A stretch of DNA of 64,000 nt from assembly GCA_965215365.1 (NCBI GenBank), contig CBDCDS010000003.1, forward strand, positions 64,001-128,000. Direction: 5' to 3'. Each line of letters starts with the position of its first letter. The first letter of the stretch is position 1. This document shows, piece by piece, positions 41,225-51,900 of the stretch. The notes under the pieces are model-generated. The model did not search any database, had not been told where the DNA came from, and saw only the letters and a program-made list of their open reading frames with translations. The translations under genes and the position numbers were made by a program. The stretch comes from Gammaproteobacteria bacterium (lineage in GTDB: Bacteria > Pseudomonadota > Gammaproteobacteria > Eutrophobiales > Eutrophobiaceae).

Positions 41225-42110
41225 GCCCTTGTATCGACGCCTGCTCCGACGTGACGGACCAGGTGGGAATGTCAAATAAGGCAAACGCCTGCTCATACTG
41301 GCGCAACAGCGACCGGCTGCCAACCAGTGTGACGCCCTGCTTAACCGGGCAAAGCTCTAAGCCGGCGCCGATTTCCGCGCCGATTAACAAGCCGGACAGG
41401 TAGCTGGCATGGGTGCCGCAAAGTGATTCTTGCGTCAGCAGGCGCGACCGGATGGAGAACACATGGTGGGCAAATCCCCCCGGTTTTTTGCTGACGCGAA
41501 TCCCTTCTTCAAAGGCATCCGCAGCAAAATCCTCGTGCCGGATTATTGCTCGCACGGAGGCCGCGCGTCTGATTGAGGCAAACAGTTCGCCGGTCAGGAA
41601 CGTGGCAAAGTCGCGGATCGTAGCGCCGTCGTAACGCACCCACTTGCTGTGGGTGCCGGGCAAACACACTATGTCGCCACCGGCCGTTGCTGCCGTTCCC
41701 AGAACCTGGGTTTCCTCGCCGCGCATCACGTCCGTAAACGCCAGACTACCACAGCTCAGGCCGGGGACAATGAACGTCGGGTGGTCCTGCATATCGGGAA
41801 CCCGCACCAGATGTTTACCCAGATCGTCAACCGTAGCCGGACACTTCAGGTAGTTGGTCTCAACCCAGCCCTCGCGGCTGCCGACCATGCCGGACATAAA
41901 CACCGGCAGGCCCGGCGCATGTTCAAGCCAGCTACCGCAGGCATCGTATAAAACACTGGCAAAGCCACCTTGCTGTACCTTGAATATACCGTGGTCGTTG
42001 TCCGTTTGCGCGCGCACCGCTCCATCCGCAGCGAGCAGGTACGCCCGGAAGTGGCTTGAGCCCCAATCTACCGCCACCATGGCTGCATCCCCCGACATAA
42101 TTGCTGCCAT
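41166..42110 (-). CDS. dgoK: 2-dehydro-3-deoxygalactonokinase
   Basis: VDWGSSHFRA, SGMVGSREGW, DVMRGEETQ, LPGTHSKW, TGELF, YLSGLLIGAE; last ~18 aa come from the MITE. Confidence 0.93.
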   Translation of the reverse strand: MAAIMSGDAAMVAVDWGSSHFRAYLLAADGAVRAQTDNDHGIFKVQQGGFASVLYDACGSWLEHAPGLPVFMSGMVGSREGWVETNYLKCPATVDDLGKHLVRVPDMQDHPTFIVPGLSCGSLAFTDVMRGEETQVLGTAATAGGDIVCLPGTHSKWVRYDGATIRDFATFLTGELFASIRRAASVRAIIRHEDFAADAFEEGIRVSKKPGGFAHHVFSIRSRLLTQESLCGTHASYLSGLLIGAEIGAGLELCPVKQGVTLVGSRSLLRQYEQAFALFDIPTWSVTSEQASIQGLTRISHPVACRLMKHDGSQ

Positions 42111-42448
42111 TATTCCTCCCGGTGTAACAGCAATGGCAGTAGCGCTGGCGCTTGCCCGGCGCGCACTGCAACCACCAGCGGCGCCCAAGCGCCGGCGTTG
42201 GCGGTGATACGCAAGCGAATCAGGGTCGGCAGGCGCGCGGCATCGCCCCATTCATCATGCCAGGCAGGTTCGGTATTCGGGGCATTGTGGCCGAAATAAT
42301 CCAGCGCAATCCCCTCTATATCTTCCAGCAGGGTGACTTTTTCCGCATCATCAAAGATGTCTTCCTCAAGCATGTCCTGGTCTCTGGTTAACGGCGTGTA
42401 GTCGAGCAACAAGGTCTCCCGTCCGCTTCTGAGTCTCAGAAAATACAC
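42110..42448 (-). pseudogene. gspJ: C-terminal fragment of type II secretion pseudopilin J
   Basis: LLEDIEGIALDYFG...WHDEW...LPTLIRL...WAPLVV; no prepilin N-terminus upstream. Confidence 0.65.
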
Positions 42449-42822
42449 GCCGCCGCCGGCTCAGCCTCAACGCGCCCTTGAACCTGCGGCGGCGCCTGGG
42501 TTGACAGCCGACTGCAAGCCCCCGCCGACAGGAGCAACAACCCCACCGCACCTGCTGTCACAAAGCTCTGAGTAGATATAATCCGCAAACTGAATGACCC
42601 AATGCCATACATTACAAAACCATTTCCCACGGCCGGCACTCCGCTTGCGTTGCATGAAAAGAATGTAAAGAATTGTAATAATTATAACACAATTACAGAC
42701 AGCCCCCCCCTAATATCAACAAGAAAGTTAAGCTGTTTTATTTTTCAAATAACGTAGCAGGACTACAAACAGCGGCAACAACCTGTTGTGCTATTTCGAC
42801 GGCACTGGCGGCGCGCGACACT

Positions 42823-42837
42823 TGTAGTTTATTTACA
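42823..42837. promoter_or_regulatory. HexR/RpiR-like palindrome
   Basis: tgtagtttatttaca in an AT-rich divergent intergenic region; neighbouring TGTAAT/ATTACA half-sites. Confidence 0.55.
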
Positions 42838-42928
42838 TTGATTTTTAAGTGCAATAATAAATTACATTTTTGGACAGCGCTCTGCTATGCTTGCTGCCGT
42901 GCAGGGTCAAGCTCTGGGGGATTGCGCC

Positions 42929-45157
42929 ATGTTCAGATACATATTCGGCTGTGTGGGCCGTTGCTTGGGGGCGCGCCTGCCGGCGCCTGTGCGATGGGTT
43001 CTGCCACTACTGTTTCTGGTGGCGCCGCCAGCCTTTGCACAAACCGAACGCGCGCCGTCTTTTCCCCCTGGCACCGAAATCGGTGAGCTGGTTTTCAAAA
43101 AAGGTGTGCCCACAGGCGACATTGTCCTGCCGTCAGCCAGGGGGGGTGATGTTGATCCTGCAATCAATAACGGTGAACTCAGCGATTACAGCTTCGATCC
43201 GGCAAAATTACCGCCCGGCCTGGACTTTAACCGATTTACCCGCATCCTCAGCGGCACACCGAAATATACCATGCAGAAGCGAACCTATCATTTGTGGGTG
43301 CACGACGATGACGAGAACTGGTCGAGGTCTGATGCAGATTCCCTGCATTTCAGTATTGAAGTCATGGATGACAAGCAACAAACCGCCGTAAACAGCGTTG
43401 AACAGGCCGCTAAAGAAGAGGTCGCAAGTGCGCCGGCCAGGTTTGCCGCCGATTGACGATTACATCTACTATCAGCAGCAGGACTTGAAGAGGTCGCAAG
43501 TGCGCCGGCCAGGTTTGCCGCCTCCTTCGAATCCGAATTCCAATGGTTCAATAAGGATAAAAGACCCGGACTGTCAGGGGCAACTACATGGAACAGTACC
43601 GTTTGGCGCGGAGAACGCATACAGAAGCACATCCTGGTGACGCGCGCATCATCACGCGACAGGATTTCCATCAGCGCCGGTGATTTTGAAAGCCCGGCGG
43701 GCGTTATCCCGGCTGAGGCGTTGACGTTTCGCTATCCGCAATTTGTCAAGGGCGATATTGAGGCGCGTGATTGTGAAGGCTACCCGCAGCGCGCCGAAGC
43801 CGTATTTCTGTCCGACGCGTTGTTTCCACAACAGCCGCGACGGCAGGCGGGTTCCTATCCGGTCATGATCTGGGCGTCAATCGATATACCGGCGGACTCC
43901 CGACCCGGCGAGTATGTCGGCAATATTACCGTGAGTGCAACGTCAGGAGAGCAGCAAACCCTGCAGGTGGCATTGCGTGTGACACTATGGGCTATGCCCT
44001 CTCAACGACCGTTCCATTTGGACCTCTGGCAATTTCCCGTATCCGTGCTGGACCGTTACAACGATGCCAACGCAAGAAAGATAAAAGTCTGGTCTGAGCA
44101 ACACTATGCATTGTTGGAACCCACCTACCGCTATCTCGCAGAATTAGGCCAGCGCACTGTTACCACCTATATCAAGGAAGGCGCGTTTGCCGCGCCGTCA
44201 ATGATCCGCTGGATTGCCTTAGAGGGCGGCACGCGCTGGGATTATGACTACGCTGTGTTTGATGCACATGTCGAGCGTCTTGCCGAATGGGGTATTGATG
44301 ACCAAATCAGCGCGTTCTCCCCGATAGGGTGGAACAAGGATGAGCTGCCCTTTTGGGATGCAGCCACCGGCGCCAGTAAAGTATTCAAGTACAGTATAGG
44401 CTCAAAAGAATATAACGCCTTGTGGAACCACTTTCTCACCGATTTCAGAAAACATCTGGTTGAAAAAGGCTGGTTTGAAAAAACCGTGCTGTATATGGAT
44501 GAGGTGCCCAAAGAAGAAATGGAGTCGGTCATCGGTCTGATTCGCTTCAATGACAAGGATTGGAAAATCGGTCTGACCTACGGCCATGCCCCGGGAGTTA
44601 ACGTCATCGCCAGTCTGTATGACGTATCCGGATACTACGAAAGCGAAATTGAAGTACAGACGTACCCGGGGCAGGTCACCACGTTTTACACCAGTTGCTC
44701 GCTCCAACGCCCGAACAACTACGTGGCCGCCGATGCCAATCCGGCGGACATGACGGCCATGCCCTAGTATGCCATGTACCGGGGACACGACGGTTATTTA
44801 CGCTGGGCCTTCGACAACTGGAAGTCTTATGAGCCGCTGGACTTGCAGGAGGGCTCGTTTACAGCAGGCGATTTTTCCTTCGTTTACCGAAGCAGCAACG
44901 ACAAGGATATGACCATGATACCCAGCGTCAGGTCGGAACTGCTGCGGGACGGCATTGAGGATTATGAAAAGGCGCTGACACTGTACAAGACGATGCTGAA
45001 ATGCAAAAAAGAGGATTTACTGAGCGGTCTGGAGGAGACGATCAACACTTTTTCAACCGAGCGGTTGCTGGCCGGACAGGCGAGTGAGCTGATCATCCAG
45101 GCGCGTAGGCAACTGCATGAACTATCACAATCGACAACGCCTGACCTGTGTCAATAG
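42929..45157 (+). pseudogene. Secreted Ig-like (He_PIG) plus GH123/DUF4091 beta-N-acetylgalactosaminidase-like gene with two in-frame stops
   Basis: Three ORF pieces in one frame; LPPGLDF...LSGTP; WRGER, HLDLWQ, YMDE, TFYTSC, GYLRWAF, LRDGIEDYEK; TGA at 43454 and TAG at 44765 (the paralog has TGG). Confidence 0.85.
43415..43522 (+). repeat. Perfect 36-bp direct repeat flanking a 36-bp unrelated insert
   Basis: gaagaggtcgcaagtgcgccggccaggtttgccgcc at 43415-43450 and 43487-43522. Confidence 0.95.
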
Positions 45158-45162
45158 CCTCA

Positions 45163-46311
45163 TCAGGGCCACAGACTGTGCGTCTGCAATGCTTCAAGCA
45201 ACCGCGCGACCGTCCATATCTCAATACCGTCCTCGGTTCGGAAGGTACGAGCACCGTCATAAACCAGCACGCGGCGCGCCAGTCCCGGCAGTTTTTCGAT
45301 TGCGCGTAATCCTTTCAGCAAACCGGTGTTATAGCGACTTGCCGCCTTCGTCTCAATAGCGAGATATTCGTTGTCACGGGTCAGCAGAAAATCGACTTCT
45401 GTCCGGGATTCGAGCGGCGCCCAATAATAAATGTCATCAAACACCGGCTGTTCCGCCGCGTGCGCGCGCAGGAGGCCTAGTATCCAACCCTCGAACAAAG
45501 CGCCTCGTTCCTCCATTGATACGGGCCCGAACTGGCGTTTCACGGCTCGCACCAAACCCGGGTCCACCCAGTAGAGTTTCGGGCGCCGCCGTTCCCGCAC
45601 CCGCAGTTTTGCTTCATAAGCGGGCAACCTCCAGGTGAGTAGTGTGTCTTCCAACACATCCAGGTAGCCGCTAACGGTCGTACGCGCCACGCCGGCGTCC
45701 CGGGCAATGCCGGTTACATTCAGGGTCTGTCCATGCAACAGCGCGGCAACCGGCAGGAAACGCACGAAACCGGGCAGGTTGCGAACAGCCGCCTGCGCAC
45801 GAATCTCTTCCCGCAGGTACAGTTGTGTATAGCTTTCCAGCACTTCACGGCGGTCCTCGGCCGCCCATACCAGGGGAATGCTGCCGTGCCTGAGCACATC
45901 GTCCAGCTTGAAATCGGCGCCGAGTTCCTGTGGAACCAGCGGATACATGGCTTTGCGGCTTGCGCGCCCGGCCAGCAGGTTCGTCCCCGCGGTCTTGAGT
46001 TTGCGGGCGCTGGAACCCAGTAGCGCAAAACGCAGCCCGCGCCCCTCAATCAGCCGGTGCACTTCATTCAGGAGAGAGGGTATGCGCTGCACCTCGTCGA
46101 TAACAATCCACTCGTCACTTGCGACATTGGTGGTCAGCTGCCGGAACAGCGATGGGGCTGCCAGCAGATCATGGAACAACGCTTCATCCAGCAAGTCGAT
46201 GTGCAGAGCGCCGGGCAGGATGTCTCGCGCCCATGAGCTTTTGCCAACGCCGCGCACACCGAACAGAAAAAAGCTGCGCGCAGGTAACCGAGTGATCCTT
46301 TGGTATAGCAT
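45163..46311 (-). CDS. AAA+ ATPase with DUF4143-type C-terminus
   Basis: GVRGVGKS, IDEVQR, LGSS, KLYWVDPG, EVDF...IETK. Confidence 0.9.
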   Translation of the reverse strand: MLYQRITRLPARSFFLFGVRGVGKSSWARDILPGALHIDLLDEALFHDLLAAPSLFRQLTTNVASDEWIVIDEVQRIPSLLNEVHRLIEGRGLRFALLGSSARKLKTAGTNLLAGRASRKAMYPLVPQELGADFKLDDVLRHGSIPLVWAAEDRREVLESYTQLYLREEIRAQAAVRNLPGFVRFLPVAALLHGQTLNVTGIARDAGVARTTVSGYLDVLEDTLLTWRLPAYEAKLRVRERRRPKLYWVDPGLVRAVKRQFGPVSMEERGALFEGWILGLLRAHAAEQPVFDDIYYWAPLESRTEVDFLLTRDNEYLAIETKAASRYNTGLLKGLRAIEKLPGLARRVLVYDGARTFRTEDGIEIWTVARLLEALQTHSLWP

Positions 46312-46543
46312 AAAGTCAAAAATAGCCGAAAAAAGACGATATAGCAAGCAATATTTGAAAAACTATGGATACAGTGGGTGCTCCCAAGACACCGACAGTC
46401 CTTGGCCGTTGTGTCGAGGTTGAGTTTCATCAAAATGTAGCAATATTACTTTCTGAAAAACATTTTGAAAACTTATTGCATTTTTATGGCGGCTGGTTTA
46501 GCATCGGCATAGAAGATTTGATTTAGCGTTGGGGGACGTGGTT

Positions 46544-48973
46544 ATGAGCAAATTTTTGACGAGGGGTGATCTGCATCATCGGCGAGTCCGGGGGCGGATA
46601 TCATCTGCGTTATTATTGTTAAGCTGTTGTCCGAACCTGATACTCAAAAATCTAGGCGTGAGCTTGCCGTGGGTTTTTCTGCTGCTGTTCCTTGTTGTCC
46701 CGCAAGCTTTTGCGCAAACCATCACACTCACGGCAACGGCCGGGCAGGGCCGGGTGGAGTTATCCTGGACACGAATAACCGGGGCAGGAGGGTACGATCT
46801 GTATTTTTGCGAGGGTGCCACCTGTACCGTCCCCACCTCCTCATTCCGCTACCCCCGGTTTGTCGCCGGTCATACCGAGGCGCGCAGTTGCAGCGTGGAT
46901 TACCAGCAAGAGAATACAACCGCTTACCTGTCCGATGCGCTGTTTGCCAAGCCGCCCCGGGCATTGCCGCCGCGGTGGCCCGAGCTGGTGTGGATGGCGG
47001 TGGATATCCCTGCCGACACTCCCGCCGGAGACTACTCCGGTACGGTGACTGTCAGCGCAGTCTCGGCAGAGACTACCACTGCCATGACCACGCTTGAGGT
47101 CTCGATTCAGGTTGTCCCGTGGACTCTGCCCGATGCAGAAAACCGGCAGTTCCACTTGGACTTGTGGCAGTTCCCCGTGTCCGTGCTGGATCGGTATAAC
47201 GATGCCAATCCGGATGACCTCATAGAGCTCTGGTCTGAGGCGCATTACGCCTTGCTGGAGCCCACCTACCGTTATCTGGCCGGCCTCGGCCAGCGCACCG
47301 TGACCACCTACATCAAAGAAGGCGCGCTGGGCGCGCCGTCCATGATTCAGTGGACGCTCAAGAGAGACGGCAGTTGGGAATACGATTATTCAGTATTTGA
47401 TACCTATGTGGAACGTCTTGCCGGCTGGGGGATCGATCGGCAGATCAGTGCATTCTCTCCGTTAGGCTGGAACAAAGGTGAGGTCCCCTATTGGGACGAG
47501 GCCAGTCAAAGCAAGATAACCTTCAGCGCCGAGGTAGGGTCCGCTGACTGGAATGAGCGCTGGGAGCATTTTCTGACGGATTTCCGGGCGCACCTGTTGG
47601 AAGAAGGATGGCTCGATAGAACGGTCATCTATTTGGACGAATCTTCCGCGGCAGAGGTGCAGGCCGTGCTCGATCTGGTAGGGAGTATTGATGATAACTG
47701 GAAAGTCGGGTCGGCTTATATCGGTTCCGGGCAGGACGGCCCCGGCGCAAGCATTCTCAGCAAGCTGTATGACGCTTCGGGTTCATTGGAGTACCGGTCT
47801 GCCATCGGCAGAACTTATGTGGACACCGGGCTGGTAACGGGCGAAACCTACCGCTATGCAGTGGATGCTGCCGCAGGTCCCGGCAACGCCAGCGCTCTTT
47901 CTTCCCCCGTTACGCTGGTGGCGCAGGTCCCCGCCGTGCCGGGACCACCCACCGACTTGACGGCGCTGAACATGTCGGGCGGAATTCAGTTGAACTGGAC
48001 CGAGCCCGCAGCAACCGGCAGCAGCGCTCTGACTGGCCATAACATTTATCGCTGCATCGATGTTGGCACTTCCTGTGCGCCGGCCTGGTTTGACAGTGTG
48101 ATCTCCGGCGCCACCTACACCGACTCCGATGTAACGGCGAGTACGAGCTATCGTTATACGGTGGAAGCCTGTAACGCCACCGGGGGCGGGAACCATTCCG
48201 GCGAGATAGCGGCGACGAGTGAGGTTACGGTCAATGTGCAGCCGAGTGACTCCCGTGATACAGCCGGAACCGGCGCAACGCCGCAAGCTCAGTCAGCGCC
48301 GACTGTGCCGACCGGTGTGACGGCGTTTGCCGCAAGCGCCACGGCAATTCAACTCGGCTGGGAGGGGAGCGCCGCCGCCGGCTTTGACGTGTACCGTTGC
48401 GTCGGGTCGCAGACCTGCACGCCTGACATCTATCTGGGCTGGGCTTATGCGGATAACCATGTCCCCGACCCGGCGCGGATAAGCACGTTCTACACAAGTT
48501 GCGCGCAACCGCGCCCGAACAGCTTCGTCGCTGCCAACGCAGATCCGACAGACCTGTCCGCGCTGCCCTGGCATGCGCTGCAAAGACGCCGGGACGGCTA
48601 CCTGCGTTGGGCGTTTGACAACTGGAGAGTTCCTGAGCCGCTGGACCTGCGTGAAGGGGCCTTTACCGCCGGGGATTACTCACTGGTTTACCGGAGCAGC
48701 AATGACAGGAGCATGACAGTCGTGCCCAGTATTCGTGCGGAGCTGTTGCGCGCCGGCATTGAAGACTTTGAGAAGGTGCAGGTATTACGTAACAGCTTGT
48801 CGGACTGCGCGGCGGACGAACTCGCCGGCAGGTGGCTGGAGCGGCTGGAGATGACGGTGGATACCTTCTCTGCCGCGCCGCTGGTGGCCGGCCGGGCCGC
48901 TGACCTCATCCGTCAGGCGCATAACCGGCTTGATGAAATCTCCTTGCAACTGACGCCGGACCGGTGTCGGTAG
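46544..48973 (+). CDS. Secreted GH123/DUF4091-like hydrolase interleaved with FN3 segments
   Basis: Signal ending AFA-Q; paralog of 42929-45157; FN3 motifs (LSW, YxC-xn-C, TYxDT, YRY) at the N-terminus and at about 47795-48475. Confidence 0.82.
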   Translation: MSKFLTRGDLHHRRVRGRISSALLLLSCCPNLILKNLGVSLPWVFLLLFLVVPQAFAQTITLTATAGQGRVELSWTRITGAGGYDLYFCEGATCTVPTSSFRYPRFVAGHTEARSCSVDYQQENTTAYLSDALFAKPPRALPPRWPELVWMAVDIPADTPAGDYSGTVTVSAVSAETTTAMTTLEVSIQVVPWTLPDAENRQFHLDLWQFPVSVLDRYNDANPDDLIELWSEAHYALLEPTYRYLAGLGQRTVTTYIKEGALGAPSMIQWTLKRDGSWEYDYSVFDTYVERLAGWGIDRQISAFSPLGWNKGEVPYWDEASQSKITFSAEVGSADWNERWEHFLTDFRAHLLEEGWLDRTVIYLDESSAAEVQAVLDLVGSIDDNWKVGSAYIGSGQDGPGASILSKLYDASGSLEYRSAIGRTYVDTGLVTGETYRYAVDAAAGPGNASALSSPVTLVAQVPAVPGPPTDLTALNMSGGIQLNWTEPAATGSSALTGHNIYRCIDVGTSCAPAWFDSVISGATYTDSDVTASTSYRYTVEACNATGGGNHSGEIAATSEVTVNVQPSDSRDTAGTGATPQAQSAPTVPTGVTAFAASATAIQLGWEGSAAAGFDVYRCVGSQTCTPDIYLGWAYADNHVPDPARISTFYTSCAQPRPNSFVAANADPTDLSALPWHALQRRRDGYLRWAFDNWRVPEPLDLREGAFTAGDYSLVYRSSNDRSMTVVPSIRAELLRAGIEDFEKVQVLRNSLSDCAADELAGRWLERLEMTVDTFSAAPLVAGRAADLIRQAHNRLDEISLQLTPDRCR

Positions 48974-48991
48974 GGAACCAGAGGGTTATTC

Positions 48992-51900
48992 ATGAAAAAT
49001 ACTTTGTCCGTACTGTCACTGTTTCTGCTCTTTTTAAGCGCACAACAAGCTCATACTCACATGCCCCAGGCACCGTCGGATTTGACTGCAACGTCGGTCG
49101 ACAATGGTATCCGGCTGAGCTGGACGGCGCCGCCCAATCCCGGCGAAATAGCGGGTTACACCATCTATCGTTGTGAGGAAGGTGAGACGCCCTGCACGCC
49201 GACATTGATTAAATGGGTGGCGCATCCCGGAGATACGCCCCCACCGCCAACTTCATACACCGATGGCGGTGTTGCGGTCGTGGATGGCGTTATGATTGGG
49301 CTGGTCGCAGGCACAACCTACCGCTATCAGGTCACTGCAAGTTACACTATGGATTATCATGAAAGTTTCAGATCCAACGCAGTCACAGTACTGGCAGAGG
49401 GTGGCGCCGACCCGGCGCCTGAGCCTGAGCCCGAGTCTTCGATGTACCCCCCGGCGCCACCAACCGGGCTTACGGCAACACCCGGTGTGGACAGTATCGA
49501 CCTGAGCTGGAATGCCCCGTCCGATGATATAGCAGGCTACAGTATCTACCGCTGTGAGGAAGGCGAGACACCCTGCCAGCCAGAGTGGATTGCCTGGGTC
49601 GCGAACGAGGGTGATGTTCCCCCGGCGCCAACCTCATACACCGATGGCGGCGCGGCGGTCGTGGACGGCGTTATGGTCGGGCTGGTTGCAGGCACAACCT
49701 ACCGCTATGCCGTGACCTCAAACAATGTTGACAGCGCTGGCGACTATTATGAAAGTGACGACCGGTCTGAGGAAGTCACGGCGCTGGCAGCAGGTGATAC
49801 CGAACCGGAACCAGAACCCGAGCCCAAACCGGAACCAGAACCAGAACCAGAACCAGAACCGGCGAAGCCGGCAGTGACTCCCGAAGAAAAACAGGCGGCC
49901 CTGGAAGATGTCTCCGCCACTATGGGTCGTAATATGTTATCCGGCATTGTTACCACCATCGGTAACCGTTTTACCGCAGCGCCGGATGCTTCAAAATTTT
50001 CCTTGGCCGGCCGGCAGATGACCCTTGATGACTTGGCCGCGCGCGGGCGCGTGCTGGTACTGCACTCGGAAGATGACGATTACGAAGAGCAGGGTTTCAG
50101 CCTGTCGGCCGGCTTGCAACCGTATCGCGACGGCACCGGGTTGTCCCTGTCGGTAGCCCCGCGCTGGGGCGGCTCGGCCGCAGGCACAGCCGCCATGCTG
50201 TCCCCCGAGGGGTCCGGATTGTACAGCCGGAGCATTGCAGCACAGCGGCGCCGAGGCTCACTGCACACGGCGCTGAGCTACGGTTTTGCGAAACCGGAGA
50301 CAGGCGGCGTCACCACCCCGTTTGCGGAATTTGATGTGACCGATGGCGCCGGTTACAGGGCGAGACTGGGTACTCGCTACCAGTTGTCAGCCGCCGGTAA
50401 TACGTTAAAGCTGGAACTCTCGTCCGACCTCACGACAATGCCCACCCATGCGGCTGCGGCTGCCGACGACAGCCCGGCGCACGAGGTATGGCTGACGGCT
50501 GCCTTGCAGGGGCGCCCCTTTACATCCTCAGACGGGCGCCGCCGACGCGCGGGCCGGATCCTGGCGCAGGCGGATAGCGTCGATAGCACGACCACTAACC
50601 CGCAGCCGGACGAAGCCGCTGAGGACACAGTGGAAATAGAGGAAATCCGCGTCATCGGCAGCAGGTTTCAACGCAGCCTCAGCGATGCGCTGGATGAAAA
50701 ACGCCGGGCTGATGAGATTATCGAAGCGCTGTCGGCTGAGGATATCGGCGCGCTGCCGGATACCAGCGTGGCGGAATCCCTGGCCAAACTGCCCGGTGTT
50801 TCATATACACGCAATGCTTTCGGCGCCAATAACCTTTCCATTCGCGGCCTGGGCGCGGTATTAACCAACGGCACTTTGAATGGCCGCGACCTTGCCAGCG
50901 AATGGGGCGACAGAAGTGTATCCTTCAACATGTTTCCCGCCGAGTTGATAGCCCGCGCCAGTTTATACAAGGCGCCAGCTGCGAGTCACGTGGAGGGTGG
51001 TATCGGTGGCACCTTGAACCTGCGCACGGCCCGCGCCCTGGAGTGGGGCGAACGCTATGTCGTAGCCAATGTGCGCGGCCGCTACAACGACCTGGCTGGC
51101 GACCTCCCGGACAGCGAGGAGTTCGGTTATCGCGGCAGCGTTGCCTACCTTGATCAGTTTGCCAATGATACCGTTGGCATTGCCATCGGCTATGCCGGGC
51201 AATACGCCCCGCTGGTCGGCGCTGACTCGCAGATCTACGAATCGAGAACAGTCGGGTTTGGTGGCGCCATTGATGGCATCCCGGCAGGCGTCGGCGCCAC
51301 CAACGATTTCAATATCCCTTATGGAGCCGAATACAGCTTTTTCAGCGGTGCCAGTGAGCGCCATTCGGTTCTGGGCGCCATTCAATGGCAGCCCGTTGAG
51401 AATTTCGAGATTAACATCGACGCGTTCTTTTCCGCATTCGAGCAGAGTAACAGCGGCGCTGGTCTGCGGCTGGCCGGCGGCCTGGGTTCATTTGGTAACA
51501 GGTGGAGCAACGTGCAGACGGACGGTTTTAATGTTGCCGGAGCAACTGTAGCCTGTCTGCATGATGAGCAGCCCAACAACTGCGCCGATCGAGGTTGGGG
51601 GCAGGACCTCGGCGCATTTAACGCGCGTGATGACGGTGACAGTACATTGCACAGCTATGGCATCGAAGGTCAATGGTCTGCCGGCGCGCTGACACTGGTG
51701 TATGATTTTTCCTGGTCCAAAGCGGAGGGTGAAGATGCCTATACCACCGTTGGTTATCGGCCCTATAACGGCATGCCGGATGCACTCGAACTGGTGCGGC
51801 CGGTTGCAACTTTCGGAGAAAATGATGCAGGTGCTGCCTTTCTGACCTCGCCGCTGGATTTTACCGATCTGGCCACCAACCGGATCGATGCTTTGCGTCT

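Noticed and set aside
44765-44767. Stop-codon recoding (TAG read-through, or selenocysteine at TGA 43454)
   Set aside because: The paralog has TGG at the TAG position, TAG and TGA end normal genes here, and the TGA lies within the inserted 36-mer
43637-48973. DGR template / variable pair between the two GH123 paralogs or the FN3 duplicates
   Set aside because: Differences are spread over all bases, as in ordinary paralog divergence; no reverse transcriptase in the window
49800-49862. PEPEPK repeat as a separate element
   Set aside because: Ordinary low-complexity protein linker
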